A stretch of DNA of 32,000 nucleotides from Idiomarina seosinensis (GCF_003987275.1 NZ_PIQF01000003.1:77315-109314), one strand, 5' to 3'; positions 19,531 through 31,619 are shown, counted from the stretch's first letter. The notes: generated from the letters alone by a model not told the origin. A program made the numbers and translations.

Positions 19531-20913
19531 ATGAAACGCTATTTAACCATTGCGCTGGCCGTTAGTTGTCTAGCCCCTGCTCAAGCTGAAGAAACGCAAA
19601 CCACCGTCAACGCTTACACGGCAGGTTACAAAGCAAACTTTACCTGCAGTGCGACCTTTAACGGCAATAAGTCGAATCCACAAATTACTGAGGACGAGTT
19701 AACGGGTATTTACTCGCTGGTGGCAGAGTATATTCATACCCTGGATAGCTTTGTCGATACCACTAATCGTTGGGTTCGGGTTGAGTACGACGGGGGCAAG
19801 CGAGCCCGCTATTCGGTCTGGCGTCCCCGTTTAGGCTGCGTGGACTTGCCGGTTGGTGCTACGCAGCAAGACATTGAAAAAGTCTATAAGCCATTTACCG
19901 AAAACACTGCCGCTCAGGCGGATTCTGGTGAGCCCTGGCAACAACGCAACGGAGTGAACGAGTCTACGGGAAATAAGTCACTGGATACCGTTATCGAGCA
20001 AGCGTTTAGCAAACATTATGGCGACGGTGCACGTACTTCAGCCATTTTGATTGCAACACCGGATCAGATAATTGCCGAGCGTTACAAAGAAAACTTTACG
20101 CCCGAAACAGCGCAGCGGACATGGTCAGTTGCTAAAAGCATTGGTGCCAGCGTTATTGGAGCGGCGGTGCAGCAGGATATTGTTAAAGTGGATCAGCAAG
20201 CGGGTTTGGAAAACTGGTCCCACCCGTTGGATCCGCGTCAGCATATTACTCTCGAAAATTTGCTGCACATGGCTTCGGGGCTGGACAGTAACCAAGCGGG
20301 TAATCGCACTGATCGAGTCTATATGGGCGGGGGCCTGGTGAGTGATACGGCAACGCAAACGGCATTAGAGGTTGAGCCGGGTACGCGTTGGAAGTACGCC
20401 AATAACGATACCATGCTGGCACTGCGTGTGCTGCGGGAGTCAATCGATAACACAGAGACTTTTGTGCATTTCCCCTACCAATCGTTGCTCGACAAAATTG
20501 GCATGCATCATACGTTTTTAGAAACCGACTGGCAGAGTGATTTTATCTTATCCTCACAAGTTTGGACGACATCCCGTGACTTAGCCCGATTAGGGGTTTT
20601 GCACTTACAAAATGGTGTGTGGGAGGGTGAACAAATCTTACCCAAAGACTGGTTAAGCTATATTAGCAAGCCTGCACCCGCGCAGCCACCTAAAGGGGCG
20701 CCTGGCTATGGGGCTCAGTGGTGGCTATATAATGAGCGCTTTCCGGAGCTGCCTAACGACACTATCGCTGCGCGTGGCAACCGTGGTCAATTTTTACTGG
20801 TTATTCCAAGTGAGAATTTAGTGGTGGTTCGCCGTGGCTATGATTTAGCCGGCGAACAAGGCTTTAGCGAGCATGATTTTACCCGTGACGTGTTAAAAGC
20901 GCTGAAACAATAA
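19531..20913 (+). CDS. Secreted serine hydrolase of the beta-lactamase/transpeptidase-like superfamily
   Basis: The signal peptide is MKRYLTIALAVSCLAPAQA. SxxK is present as WSVAKSIG and YxN as KYANND. I place the start at ATG 19531 (GAGGA SD at 19521-19525) rather than the ORF-track TTG at 19519. Confidence 0.75.
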   Translation: MKRYLTIALAVSCLAPAQAEETQTTVNAYTAGYKANFTCSATFNGNKSNPQITEDELTGIYSLVAEYIHTLDSFVDTTNRWVRVEYDGGKRARYSVWRPRLGCVDLPVGATQQDIEKVYKPFTENTAAQADSGEPWQQRNGVNESTGNKSLDTVIEQAFSKHYGDGARTSAILIATPDQIIAERYKENFTPETAQRTWSVAKSIGASVIGAAVQQDIVKVDQQAGLENWSHPLDPRQHITLENLLHMASGLDSNQAGNRTDRVYMGGGLVSDTATQTALEVEPGTRWKYANNDTMLALRVLRESIDNTETFVHFPYQSLLDKIGMHHTFLETDWQSDFILSSQVWTTSRDLARLGVLHLQNGVWEGEQILPKDWLSYISKPAPAQPPKGAPGYGAQWWLYNERFPELPNDTIAARGNRGQFLLVIPSENLVVVRRGYDLAGEQGFSEHDFTRDVLKALKQ

Positions 20914-20936
20914 TAGCAATTGAGTTCACTTTTAAG

Positions 20937-20973
20937 GGTATTAGAGAGACCCAGCCCGGGGCTCTCTAATACC
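20937..20973. terminator. Bidirectional intrinsic terminator shared by convergent genes
   Basis: The 12-bp perfect stem ggtattagagag (20937-20948) pairs with ctctctaatacc (20962-20973) around a 13-nt loop. It is flanked by tttaag on the left and ttacatt on the right, between the hydrolase stop and the OMP stop. Confidence 0.6.
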
Positions 20974-20982
20974 TTACATTGC

Positions 20983-21600
20983 TTAAAAGTGGTAGCTACC
21001 TCCAAGCCCAAAGTAACTGCTGTCACTGTCGGCGAACGTATAATTAAGTCCCAAACTGGCGTTAGCGGTTAGGTAGTAGCGTGCGGTCAGGCTAAGTTCC
21101 TGATCACTGGTGTCAAACACATCGACGTGGCGAACGTTAGCGTCAATTTCAAACAACTCGGTCAGCTTTGAGCGCACACCGAGTTGCAGGTTCCAACCGG
21201 TATCATCGTCGTTAACCGACAGTGCCGAGCTGCTGGCCTGACTGTCTACCCAGGTTACTCCTCCCGACGCGTAAGCGGTAAAGCTGTCGTTGGCGTAAAA
21301 CTTGTAGCCTAAGTTGGCATAAAGGTTAGAGGCTTCAAAGTCGACATTAATGTTGTTCACAGTCAGGTCGTCAGACGCATAGAGATAATCCACACTGATA
21401 AGCCAGTTATTGGCCAGCGCAGAGCTTTCGAAGTCGATTGCAAAGCCACTAGCACTGCCACCGCTAGTGTCCAGGTTAACGTAACTAATTCCAGCGTTGT
21501 CAAAACTGGGAGCGTTAGAGGCTGCATGACTAACAGCAGAGGTAGTGGCGGCAGCAATGCAAATTGCAGACAGGGCAACAGCTGATAACGTTTTTTTCAT
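20983..21600 (-). CDS. Small outer-membrane beta-barrel protein
   Basis: The signal peptide is MKKTLSAVALSAICIAAATTSAVSHA. The sequence shows an alternating amphipathic strand pattern rich in Y/G/N/D/S and ends in a C-terminal aromatic, GGSYHF. I chose the start at the second ATG (21600), which has AAGGA 5 nt upstream. Confidence 0.7.
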   Translation of the reverse strand: MKKTLSAVALSAICIAAATTSAVSHAASNAPSFDNAGISYVNLDTSGGSASGFAIDFESSALANNWLISVDYLYASDDLTVNNINVDFEASNLYANLGYKFYANDSFTAYASGGVTWVDSQASSSALSVNDDDTGWNLQLGVRSKLTELFEIDANVRHVDVFDTSDQELSLTARYYLTANASLGLNYTFADSDSSYFGLGGSYHF

Positions 21601-21779
21601 AACCATCCTTAGTTGAGTAAAAACGTGTTAAAGAGTAACTGTTGTAATGATAAAAGGCCCGATTTAATAGCTCCTGCTGGCGTAAGACAAATCATTAATT
21701 GTAAGCGCTGACGCATAATATGATTTAAGTTAAGGCCAATTTGGCCGATATTATTTACAATCATTAAACATAATAATAA

Positions 21780-23837
21780 ATGGCCCACGGTATGAAGCTA
21801 AAAGGCTCACTGCAGCGCAAACTTATTCTTTCAATTTCAGGTGTGTTGATTGTTTTGTTGGCAGGCTTTGGGCTTGTTATTACGCAGACAATTTCTGATC
21901 TTACCCGCGAGAAAACTGAAGCTCAGGTAGCAGAACTCATCAAGCTTAAAGCGGAAGAGATAAAAGGGTTTTTTGTCGAACGTGCGCGAGTGCCGCAAAC
22001 GGTGCTAACCGACCCCCGCATTACAAATTGGCTTTCGGACTACGATGAGCGGGGAAAAGATCTAACAGGCGATAATACCTACCAGTCTATTATTGAATCG
22101 TTTGAAAAAGTAGTGAGTAGCGACCCGACCATTAAATCGATTTTTGTGGGGTCTGCAAACACCTACGAATATCTGTACGACAAAGGCCGTGTCGGTGTCG
22201 ACACAAGTGGCCCTGACGCCGGTGACCCTGATAAAGGATACTTCACGAATAAGCGGCCGTGGTGGCATCAGGCAGTCAAAAAAGACGGCTTGTACCTGAC
22301 TTCACCTCAGGTTGATGCAACCGACAAAACAATTTCATCAGTTTTGCAAATGACGCTATACAACGAAAATGGTGAATTTGTCGGTGTTGGTGGCGTTGAT
22401 ATTTTAATTACCACTATTGCTGATTTGGTCGATCAGATCGAGTATCAGGGGAGAGGTAAAGCGTTTTTATTAAACGAACAGCAGCAGTTGGTTTACTTTC
22501 CTACCAAAGATATTGACCTGGAATTAAATACTCAGCTGGATGATTTAGATTCGATATACTCGAGCAAACAATCAGCCAAAACCAGTGGTTTTGATCAAGC
22601 GGCGGAGGCCATGTCACGCCAGAACGCGGGCGAAGGTTTAGAGCTAACCTGGAAGGGTGACGATTATCAGTTGTTTTACGTACCAATTTATTCAGAAAAC
22701 CCCGACATTGACTGGACGCTTGCCATTCTTGTCCCAAACCAGCTGGTTGAAGGCCCGATCGCAGAAGCTCGTTGGTTTTCTTTTGGTACTCTCATTGCGA
22801 TTATTATTGCCTTAACGATTATTACCTACGTTATTTCCTTAAAAATATTTAAGCCAGTGAAAGAAATTGCACGGGCGATGGAAAATGTCGCGCATGGCGA
22901 CGGTGACTTAACTCGTCGGCTTAAGGTCGAATCGGATGATGAGGTTGGCGCAGTAGCGCGCGAGTTTAATCGCTTTGTCGATAGAATTCAGGAACTGATA
23001 GCTCATGCTTACCAATCATCAGACGATGTTGATCAGTCGGTTCGTCGAGTTTCCGCGACGGTATCCGACTTGAATAACGAGGTGCTGGGTGAGCAGCAGA
23101 AAATAAAGCAAATAGGCAGCTCGGTAGCTGAATTGAATCGAACCAGTGAGACCATTAACCAATACGCTCAGGACGCAACGGGTGCGGCTAATGAAATGAG
23201 CGAGTCAATGCAGGTAGTGTCACAGAACTCGACCAAAACCCAACAGGTGATTGGCGACGTTTCAAAGTCTATTACCAGCGCGACCGAGGCGGTGGTTAAT
23301 CTCAATGAAGACGTGGCTGAAATCACCTCCGTGCTGGAAGTTATCACCAGTATCGCGGAGCAAACTAATTTACTGGCACTAAACGCTGCCATTGAAGCGG
23401 CTCGCGCCGGTGAGCAGGGCCGTGGCTTTGCCGTAGTTGCCGATGAAGTCAGAACATTGGCGAACCGGACACAACAGTCCACCGACCACATTCGTTCAAC
23501 CGTAGAGAAGCTGCAAAGTGGTGCAACTCAGGTTCGGGAAGCAATGCAGCGTACGGACTCGATGAGTAATCAGGGAGAGCAGCAGGTAGAACTGGTGTTA
23601 CAGGCAATTACTGAAATTAATGTGGCTGTGGATAGAATGAAACAAATGAATGATTCAATCTCAGGCGCCAGTAGCGAGCAGCAATCGCTGACTAAGTCTA
23701 TTTCTGAAAGCCTTGACTCGGTACACCTGTTAACGGAACAAATGGTGAATCATTCAGGCTCAATGGAACAAGACTTCCACCGCCTGAATGACATTTCTTC
23801 AGAGCTGAAAAGCACGGTTAAGCGCTTTAAAGTTTAG
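21780..23837 (+). CDS. Methyl-accepting chemotaxis protein (Cache-type periplasmic sensor, HAMP, MCP signalling domain)
   Basis: 685 aa. It has two TM segments, the HAMP region [45 protein letters not shown], and the invariant signalling hairpin [35 protein letters not shown]. An alternative start lies at ATG 21792. Confidence 0.92.
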   Translation: MAHGMKLKGSLQRKLILSISGVLIVLLAGFGLVITQTISDLTREKTEAQVAELIKLKAEEIKGFFVERARVPQTVLTDPRITNWLSDYDERGKDLTGDNTYQSIIESFEKVVSSDPTIKSIFVGSANTYEYLYDKGRVGVDTSGPDAGDPDKGYFTNKRPWWHQAVKKDGLYLTSPQVDATDKTISSVLQMTLYNENGEFVGVGGVDILITTIADLVDQIEYQGRGKAFLLNEQQQLVYFPTKDIDLELNTQLDDLDSIYSSKQSAKTSGFDQAAEAMSRQNAGEGLELTWKGDDYQLFYVPIYSENPDIDWTLAILVPNQLVEGPIAEARWFSFGTLIAIIIALTIITYVISLKIFKPVKEIARAMENVAHGDGDLTRRLKVESDDEVGAVAREFNRFVDRIQELIAHAYQSSDDVDQSVRRVSATVSDLNNEVLGEQQKIKQIGSSVAELNRTSETINQYAQDATGAANEMSESMQVVSQNSTKTQQVIGDVSKSITSATEAVVNLNEDVAEITSVLEVITSIAEQTNLLALNAAIEAARAGEQGRGFAVVADEVRTLANRTQQSTDHIRSTVEKLQSGATQVREAMQRTDSMSNQGEQQVELVLQAITEINVAVDRMKQMNDSISGASSEQQSLTKSISESLDSVHLLTEQMVNHSGSMEQDFHRLNDISSELKSTVKRFKV

Positions 23838-26013
23838 CCCGGGCTGCGCGCGCCGCGTGCAGCTTCTTATAGCTATCTAATAAGCGTAGGTGACGGTCCA
23901 GCCCTTCCAGCTTCATGCTGGTTGGGGTTAGCCCGTAAAATCGCTCTGTTCCTGCTACAGAGCCAATGACAGCCTCAATAACATCCTCGCCGTACATACG
24001 TCCGAGGTTGTAGCGATAATCAGCAAGCTCCAGCTCATCGTCCATGGTGATTTCCAGCACGGCTTCGACGGCTCGATAAAACAGCACACGTTCTACTGTA
24101 TTGTCGTTGTACTGCAGGAACATCTCCAGATACTCCTGCGCATCTTCGTGGCGTTGCAGGGCTAAATAAATAAGTAGTTTTAGCTCGACGATGGTCAGTT
24201 GTCCCCAGACGGTATTCTCATCAAACTCGATACCGATCAGGGTGATAATATCCATGTAGTTATCCAGCTGACTGTCTTCGAGTCGTTCGACTAAATCTTC
24301 TAGCTGATCGTCAGTCAATGCATGCAGATTAAGGATATCTTCACGGAACAGTAGCGCTATATTGGTGTTGTCCCAGACCAGGTCTTCCACCGGATAAACC
24401 TCGGAATAGCCTGGCACTAAGATACGACATACCGGGGCACCGAGGTCTTCATGCACTGCCACATAAGCTTGTTTACCCAAGTCGTATAAAATACCGAACA
24501 AGGTATCCGCTTCCTGTTGGTTACTGCCAGAGAAGTCCCATTCCACAAACTCTATGTCTGATTTACTGCTAAAGAAGCGCCATGAAACGACACCGGAGGA
24601 ATCAATAAAGTGCTCAACAAAGTTATTGGGTTCGGTAACGGCCATTGAGTTAAAGGTCGGTGCCGGCAGATCATTCAGGCCTTCAAAACTGCGACCTTGT
24701 AGTAACTCTGTCAGGCTTCGCTCCAACGCTACCTCAAAGCTCGGGTGTGCACCAAAAGAAGCAAACACACCACCGGTTCTTGGGTTCATCAAAGTGACAC
24801 AGGCTACCGGGAACTGGCCGCCAAGAGAGGCGTCTTTCACCAGCACCGGGTAACCTTGCTCTTCTAATGCTTTAATACCTTCAACAATGCTTGGGTATTT
24901 ATTAAGGACGTCATCAGGTACGTCAGGAAGTGTGATTTCTTCTTCAATAATTTGTTTCTTAACAGCTCGCTCAAATATCTCCGACAAGCACTGAACCTGA
25001 GCTTCCGCTAAGGTGTTGCCTGCGCTCATACCGTTACTCAGGTACAAGTTTTCAATCAGGTTAGACGGGAAGTAAACCACTTCTCCATCGCTGTGACGAA
25101 CAAACGGCAACGAGCAGATGCCACGATCCGCGCGACCAGAGTTTGTGTCAACCAGATGAGAGCCAAGCAATTCATTTTCCGGGTCATAAAACTCGCGACA
25201 GTACGGGTCAAGAATCTCGGCCGGCAACTGGTCATCAGGGCCCGGTTTGAACCAGCGCTCGTTGGGGTAATGAACGAACTCAGCATTAGCAATTTCCTCA
25301 CCAAAATACTGATCATTGTAAAAGAAATTACAACTTAAGCGCTCGATAAACTCGCCCAGCGCTGAACATAGCGCGCTCTCCTTAGTTGCCCCTTTGCCGT
25401 TGGTAAAACACATCGGGGAAGCTGCATCACGTACATGCAATGACCATACGTGCGGCACTATATTACGCCAGGAGGATATCTCAATTTTCATACCCAGATC
25501 CGCTAAGATCGAGGTCATGTTCGCGATGGTCTGCTCTAACGGCAGGTCTTTGCCCTCGATAAAGGTCTGACTATCGGTATCCGGATTAATGGTGAGCAAT
25601 GCCTGGGCATCCTGAGTGATGCTCTCGACGGGCTCAATATCAAACTCTAGATCGTTTTGGATAACGCGTTTTACCGCGCAGCGCTCGGCCGCGCGAATAA
25701 TTGCCTTACGATCCTTGTCGGAGATATCAGTGGGTAACTCGACCTGAATTTTAAACAGCTGTTTATAGCGATCCTCAGGATCAACGATATTGTTCTGCGA
25801 TACGCGAATATTGTCTGTTGGAATGTCGCGGGTCAGGCAGTAAAGCCGAATAAAATGAGCTGCGCACATCACCGATGAAGCCAGGAAATAGTCAAAAGGC
25901 CCCGGTGCTGAACCGTCCCCTTTGTAACGTATGGGCTGATCCGAAATGACTGTGAAGTCGTCGAATTTCGCCTCGAGGCGCATATTGTCGAGAAAGTTTA
26001 CATTGATTTCCAT
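23827..26013 (-). CDS. ycaO: OsmC-like domain fused to an E. coli-type YcaO protein with a TPR-like C-terminal domain
   Basis: 728 aa. Residues ~150-728 are collinear with my recollection of E. coli YcaO. Shared strings are [82 protein letters not shown] and HFIDSSG. The first ~140 aa ([31 protein letters not shown]) look like an OsmC/Ohr-fold domain. Confidence 0.88.
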   Translation of the reverse strand: MEINVNFLDNMRLEAKFDDFTVISDQPIRYKGDGSAPGPFDYFLASSVMCAAHFIRLYCLTRDIPTDNIRVSQNNIVDPEDRYKQLFKIQVELPTDISDKDRKAIIRAAERCAVKRVIQNDLEFDIEPVESITQDAQALLTINPDTDSQTFIEGKDLPLEQTIANMTSILADLGMKIEISSWRNIVPHVWSLHVRDAASPMCFTNGKGATKESALCSALGEFIERLSCNFFYNDQYFGEEIANAEFVHYPNERWFKPGPDDQLPAEILDPYCREFYDPENELLGSHLVDTNSGRADRGICSLPFVRHSDGEVVYFPSNLIENLYLSNGMSAGNTLAEAQVQCLSEIFERAVKKQIIEEEITLPDVPDDVLNKYPSIVEGIKALEEQGYPVLVKDASLGGQFPVACVTLMNPRTGGVFASFGAHPSFEVALERSLTELLQGRSFEGLNDLPAPTFNSMAVTEPNNFVEHFIDSSGVVSWRFFSSKSDIEFVEWDFSGSNQQEADTLFGILYDLGKQAYVAVHEDLGAPVCRILVPGYSEVYPVEDLVWDNTNIALLFREDILNLHALTDDQLEDLVERLEDSQLDNYMDIITLIGIEFDENTVWGQLTIVELKLLIYLALQRHEDAQEYLEMFLQYNDNTVERVLFYRAVEAVLEITMDDELELADYRYNLGRMYGEDVIEAVIGSVAGTERFYGLTPTSMKLEGLDRHLRLLDSYKKLHAARAARAKL

Positions 26014-26072
26014 GAGCGGCTTACTGTTGGCTTGTGGCAGATAAAACGTGCGACATTATCCCATACTTTGGC

Positions 26073-26611
26073 TTACTGATCATTATCCGCGTAGCCACTA
26101 CCGATAGCGCTAAAGGGTAAGTTCAAACCCAGTTCAGGCAGCTGCAAACCGATCCAGGCTGGAAAGGTGTTGCTGTTTGGTCCCGGCAGTACCTCGTATT
26201 GGTCTGCCCAGGGGTAACGGTTGGCTGCTTCCGCGATGCGGGGGATCAGTTGTGCCGCCTGGTCACCGTTAATAGACAACAGTTTTTTCGGTTTTGCGCC
26301 ATACCAATATCGGTCGGGTGCATCTGTTTCATAGACTCTCAGCGCCGAGCGACCATTTTCGACACCCCATCCAACCACTTCGTAAACAGTGTACTGTTGC
26401 GCGTTTTCTGGCTTTACCGCTAACCAGGTATGTACTGCGAACCACCCACGCCAGCCGAATGCGTCGGCTGCGTAGGCTTCTATCACTGCTGGTTTATAAT
26501 CACTCGGATTGGGAGCAATGCCAGCGGGCTCACGTGAGGCTGAACGCCAGTCCCCGGAGGAACAGGCGACTAAATTAACCGCCAGTAAGGCGGCAAAAAG
26601 CAACCTCAGCA

Positions 26612-26612
<1 letters not shown>
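26073..26612 (-). CDS. Lipoprotein of unknown function (DUF3750-like)
   Basis: 179 aa. It has a lipobox signal, MLRLLFAALLAVNLVAC. The strings AFGWRGWFAVHTWLAVKP and YEVVGWG match what I recall of DUF3750 proteins. Its ATG shares one nucleotide with the gdhA stop (TAATG). Confidence 0.65.
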
Positions 26613-27964
<1,352 letters not shown>

Positions 27965-28087
27965 CTAGCTTCCCTATTTTGATGAATTGCTTTTGCCCAT
28001 AGTACTACTGTCATCGAGCAAAAGTGGATTATTTAAAAAAGAACCGATAAGCTCTTATTATAGCTAACAAAAAAACTACAAATTTCT

Positions 28088-29482
28088 ATGATTAAAAATA
28101 TTGTGCTGTCTGCTCTCGGTATCGCTGTTGTTGCTGCGGTGGTTACTCCGACGTTTATCGGAAAAGCCACCGAGCGTGATGTAAAATCGCTGGTTGAGGC
28201 TATTGATAAACATCCGCTTTATGGTGCTGAACTTAAGTCATACCAGCGGAATTGGTTTAACTCACATGCGGTATTAACTTTTACCTCTGAATTGCCGGAG
28301 ACGGAAGAAATCGCGGGTGATAGAAAAATTACTTTGCACAGCGGTGATGTCACACTGGATCTCCAGCATGGACCCGTACTAACCCGTTACGATGCGGGCT
28401 TAGGCACGCTCTCCTGGCAGCTAACTGCTAATGATCAAAGTCTCCGTGATGCCTTGACCTGGGATGCTGATAAACCGCTGTATCAAGCAATCGGTTCGGT
28501 GGGCATAACTGGCCGGGGAGTATTTCGTGATGAGATTGCGGATGTAAGTTATCAAAATAAAACACAGAATTTCACTTTTCAGATTTCAGGATTGCAAGGG
28601 GAAGGTGCTTTTAGCAGGGAATGGTCGCGTTATCAGGGAGCTAGTGGAAAGCTTGTTTTTGGAATCGAAAACGAACCGGTACTGCTCAATAATGTTGCAT
28701 TTGAAACTGAGTTTAAGGGGGCGATGATCGATGCGCTCACCGGGGGACTGTTAGAAAACAACCATTTGGTTACTGTCGAAAACATTAGCAGTAATAGCAA
28801 CACCTTAGCAGAAGGTTTGCGGATGATGGGGTCCACAGAGCTATCAGAAGATGGCGAAACTATCGACGTCGATTTTGAACAATCTATTGCTAGTGTGGCG
28901 GTGCTATCGCAAGTTGCGAAAGATCTGGAGTTAAAATTGTCAGTCGATAGCATCGATAGCGATTTTATGAAAGCGTATTATCAGCTTGGCATTGCTACCG
29001 ACGGGGGAGATCCCGAGTATCAGCAAGAGCAAATAGCAGCGTTATTTGAACAGCACCTGGACCAGCTGATTGCTGCAAAACCAAAGCTTTCCATCACAGA
29101 ACTGTCAGGTAAGTTTCCTGACGGTGACTTTAATGGCAAGGCGAATGTCGTTCTTGATGAAATCGACACATTACCTTCAGACGGGGTCTCGGCTGAGTTT
29201 TGGCGGAATCATTTGTTGGGTGAAGGGGCTATTCAGGTCGATAAATCTTTAGTCGAGAGTATAGTGGGGCTGCAGTTACGTTCTGTGCTGGCGCGGCAGA
29301 TGCCACACATGGATGTTGAGTCTGATCAGTTCAAGTCCAAAGTTGATCAGCAAGTGACGCAATTAATTAGCTTTTATTTACAAAATGGGTATCTGGTCGA
29401 TAAAAACACTGAGTACGAAAGTATCCTTGAGTTTAGGGAAGGCGGCTTTCTGCTAAATGGCAATCCGATACCGCTGATCTAA
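28088..29482 (+). CDS. YdgA-like (DUF945) membrane-anchored protein
   Basis: 464 aa. An N-terminal anchor (IVLSALGIAVVAAVV) is followed by YQRNWFNSHAVLTF and HGPVL strings that resemble E. coli YdgA. The assignment is by recollection only. Confidence 0.6.
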   Translation: MIKNIVLSALGIAVVAAVVTPTFIGKATERDVKSLVEAIDKHPLYGAELKSYQRNWFNSHAVLTFTSELPETEEIAGDRKITLHSGDVTLDLQHGPVLTRYDAGLGTLSWQLTANDQSLRDALTWDADKPLYQAIGSVGITGRGVFRDEIADVSYQNKTQNFTFQISGLQGEGAFSREWSRYQGASGKLVFGIENEPVLLNNVAFETEFKGAMIDALTGGLLENNHLVTVENISSNSNTLAEGLRMMGSTELSEDGETIDVDFEQSIASVAVLSQVAKDLELKLSVDSIDSDFMKAYYQLGIATDGGDPEYQQEQIAALFEQHLDQLIAAKPKLSITELSGKFPDGDFNGKANVVLDEIDTLPSDGVSAEFWRNHLLGEGAIQVDKSLVESIVGLQLRSVLARQMPHMDVESDQFKSKVDQQVTQLISFYLQNGYLVDKNTEYESILEFREGGFLLNGNPIPLI

Positions 29483-29494
29483 TGCGGGTCATCC

Positions 29495-29527
29495 GGTCTG
29501 GGCGCATAAACGTTAAGAGCCCAGACC
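29495..29527 (+). terminator. Stem-loop downstream of the YdgA-like gene; possible terminator
   Basis: The 9-bp GC-rich stem ggtctgggc (29495-29503) pairs with gcccagacc (29519-29527) around a 15-nt loop. There is no U-tract, so termination efficiency is uncertain. Confidence 0.35.
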
Positions 29528-29567
29528 TAACGATGGCTGCATTTCACTTCATTTGACCTTGTTTGGG

Positions 29568-29584
29568 TGCGACAAATTGTCACA
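29568..29584. promoter_or_regulatory. 17-bp near-perfect palindrome upstream of the heme-c/cioAB genes; candidate operator
   Basis: TGCGACAA-a-TTGTCACA has one mismatch across the 8+8 arms. It overlaps a plausible promoter, GCGACA-16 nt-TATATA (29569-29596), about 70 nt upstream of ATG 29653. Confidence 0.35.
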
Positions 29585-29652
29585 GAAAAATATATAGAAC
29601 TATTTGTAATAAGCATATATCATTATATCGGTTTTCCATTAAGGAGTCCGGT

Positions 29653-30198
29653 ATGTCATTCAATAAAACTATTTTTAGTATTTTTCTCGTAGCAAGCTTA
29701 GCAGCTTCTGGCGTTAGTTTCGCATCCGAGAGGGACTATCAATCGACCGCCACTCAGTTACAGCAGCGATTGGGTAAAGTGCTTATGACGACGATACAAG
29801 AGCAAGGACATATTGCTGCTATTGACGTCTGTAACGAACAAGCACCGGAGATCGCCAGCGCTGTTAGCGAAGAACTGGGTTTAACGGTGGGCCGTACGGC
29901 GCTTAAAGTACGTAATCAAGATAATAAACCGAATAATGCTCAGCGAGATGTGCTAAAAGATTTTGAAGAGCGCTGGCAGCAAAGCAAAGCGAGTGTACCA
30001 ACCGAAACCTACGTAAATGATGACGGTCATACCGTTTGGATGAAAGCGATTGTAATGCAGCCGCAGTGTGCCGCCTGCCATGGCAAGTCGATTAAACCTG
30101 AATTAAAGCAGGCAATCAATGCACGTTATCCGAACGATAAGGCGACAGGTTTTGATATTGGAGAGATTCGTGGGGCATTTGTTGTAACCTCAAACTAA
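29653..30198 (+). CDS. Periplasmic c-type heme protein (DUF3365 / Tll0287-like)
   Basis: I place the start at ATG 29653, with AAGGAG SD at 29641-29646. The signal peptide is MSFNKTIFSIFLVASLAASGVSFA and there is a single CXXCH (QCAACHGK) near the C-terminus. The terminal GEIRGAFVV string is typical of DUF3365 as I recall it. The ORF-track TTG at 29563 adds an implausible 30-aa leader. Confidence 0.7.
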   Translation: MSFNKTIFSIFLVASLAASGVSFASERDYQSTATQLQQRLGKVLMTTIQEQGHIAAIDVCNEQAPEIASAVSEELGLTVGRTALKVRNQDNKPNNAQRDVLKDFEERWQQSKASVPTETYVNDDGHTVWMKAIVMQPQCAACHGKSIKPELKQAINARYPNDKATGFDIGEIRGAFVVTSN

Positions 30199-30225
30199 TT
30201 TGTTGTGTAACCAGGAGATCACGCC

Positions 30226-31608
30226 ATGGAGCTTGACCCGCTATTACTATCGCGAATTCAATTCGCGTTCGTTGTTTCCTTCCACGCCATTTTCCCGGTC
30301 TTTACTATCGGGCTCGCTTCCTATATCGCACTGATTTATGGCTTAGCGTTTAAAACCAACAACCCGAAGTGGGAACGGTTGGGTGCTTTTTGGACGCAGG
30401 TTTTTGCCGTTGTATTCGGTATGGGAGTGGTATCGGGTATCGTGATGTCGTTCCAGTTTGGCACTAACTGGAGTAACTTCTCGCTGGCCACGGCAAATTT
30501 TCTGGGGCCGGTGCTTAGCTACGAAGTGGTTACCGCATTCTTCCTGGAGGCGGCTTTCTTAGGCGTGCTGCTTTTCGGTCGTGGCAAAGTGCCCAATGGC
30601 GTTCATTTTTTCGCCGCGTTAATGGTGTCTATTGGTACCTTTATTTCATCGTTCTGGATTCTGTCCGCAAACAGCTGGATGCAGACTCCTGCGGGCGTCG
30701 AGATACGGGATGGTATCTATCATGTGGTGGACTGGTCTGCGGCTATCTTCAACGAATCTTTTTGGTATCGTTTTGCGCACATGGGGTTAGCGTCGTTTTT
30801 AACCGGCGGTTTCGTAGTTGCCGGAGTCAGTGCCTGGTTCCTGATTCAAAAACGGGATACTGAGCTGCACCGGAAAGCATTATCAATGACATTGTGGTTG
30901 CTGCTTTTCCTAACGCCGCTGCAAGTATTTATTGGTGACTTACATGGTCTGAACACCATGAAACACCAACCAACCAAAGTAGCCGCAATGGAGGGTAACT
31001 GGGATACCCAGGCGGGGGCACCGCTGTTGCTGTTTGCCATCCCTGATCAGGACCAGCAAACCAATCACTTTGAGGTGGGCATTCCGAAACTAGCGAGCTT
31101 TATTCTAACCCACGATTGGGACGGTGTAGTGCCTGGAGTGAAGGAAAAACCACCCGAGTTGCAGCCAAACGTGCCAATTGTGTTTTGGTCGTTCAGAGTT
31201 ATGGTAGCAATGGGTTTATTAATGGTTTTGGTTGCGGTTGTCGGACTATTTTTACGACGCAATCGGGCTTATATGCATAGTCGCTGGTATTTACAGACAT
31301 TGCGATTAATGACCTTAAGCCCGTTTATTGCGGTTCTCGCGGGCTGGTTTGTTACCGAAGTAGGTCGAGCGCCGTACTTAGTTTATGGTCAAATGACTCA
31401 TGCTGAAGGGGTTACTCCATCACTCACCGGCGGTATGGCACTATTTACATTGATTGGCTACTTCCTGGTCTATGCGTGTGTGTTTGCCGCGGGTGCTTAT
31501 TACTTAACTCGAGTTATTCGTAGCGGTACTGAGGGTAGCGACTCGCATGAGGACGAAAAGCATCGACCTAAACGCCCATTATCAGCCGCTGAAGCCAGCT
31601 TCGATTAA
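30226..31608 (+). CDS. cioA: Cytochrome bd-type quinol oxidase subunit I, short Q-loop (cyanide-insensitive oxidase type)
   Basis: 460 aa. The N-terminus LLLSRIQFAFVVSFHAIFP carries the heme ligand His, and a second His lies in YRFAHMG. The quinol-site motif is KVAAMEGNWDT, followed by only a short loop before FWSFRVMV. The usually conserved GRQPW reads GRAPY here. Confidence 0.92.
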   Translation: MELDPLLLSRIQFAFVVSFHAIFPVFTIGLASYIALIYGLAFKTNNPKWERLGAFWTQVFAVVFGMGVVSGIVMSFQFGTNWSNFSLATANFLGPVLSYEVVTAFFLEAAFLGVLLFGRGKVPNGVHFFAALMVSIGTFISSFWILSANSWMQTPAGVEIRDGIYHVVDWSAAIFNESFWYRFAHMGLASFLTGGFVVAGVSAWFLIQKRDTELHRKALSMTLWLLLFLTPLQVFIGDLHGLNTMKHQPTKVAAMEGNWDTQAGAPLLLFAIPDQDQQTNHFEVGIPKLASFILTHDWDGVVPGVKEKPPELQPNVPIVFWSFRVMVAMGLLMVLVAVVGLFLRRNRAYMHSRWYLQTLRLMTLSPFIAVLAGWFVTEVGRAPYLVYGQMTHAEGVTPSLTGGMALFTLIGYFLVYACVFAAGAYYLTRVIRSGTEGSDSHEDEKHRPKRPLSAAEASFD

Positions 31609-31619
31609 GGATAGCGATC

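Noticed and set aside
23168-23491. A 107-aa Ala/Ser-rich minus-strand ORF inside the MCP signalling domain.
   Set aside because: It is a shadow of the highly conserved, Ala-rich MCP hairpin region and has no independent support.
29568-29584. Assigning the cio-upstream palindrome to FNR/ANR or CRP.
   Set aside because: The half-sites TGCGA and TCACA are CRP-like, but they are separated by 7 nt rather than 6. The sequence does not fit TTGAT-N4-ATCAA. I therefore report it only as an unassigned operator candidate.
29563-29652. The ORF-track N-terminal extension (MGATNCHRKIYRTICNKHISLYRFSIKESG) of the heme-c protein. Similar extensions occur at 14464 (Anbu), 19519 (hydrolase), 12902 (alpha-E) and 21606 (OMP).
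   Set aside because: Each extension begins at a weak TTG or an upstream codon without SD. The internal start I chose has a good SD and yields a proper signal peptide, an exposed Thr1, or removal of a gene overlap.
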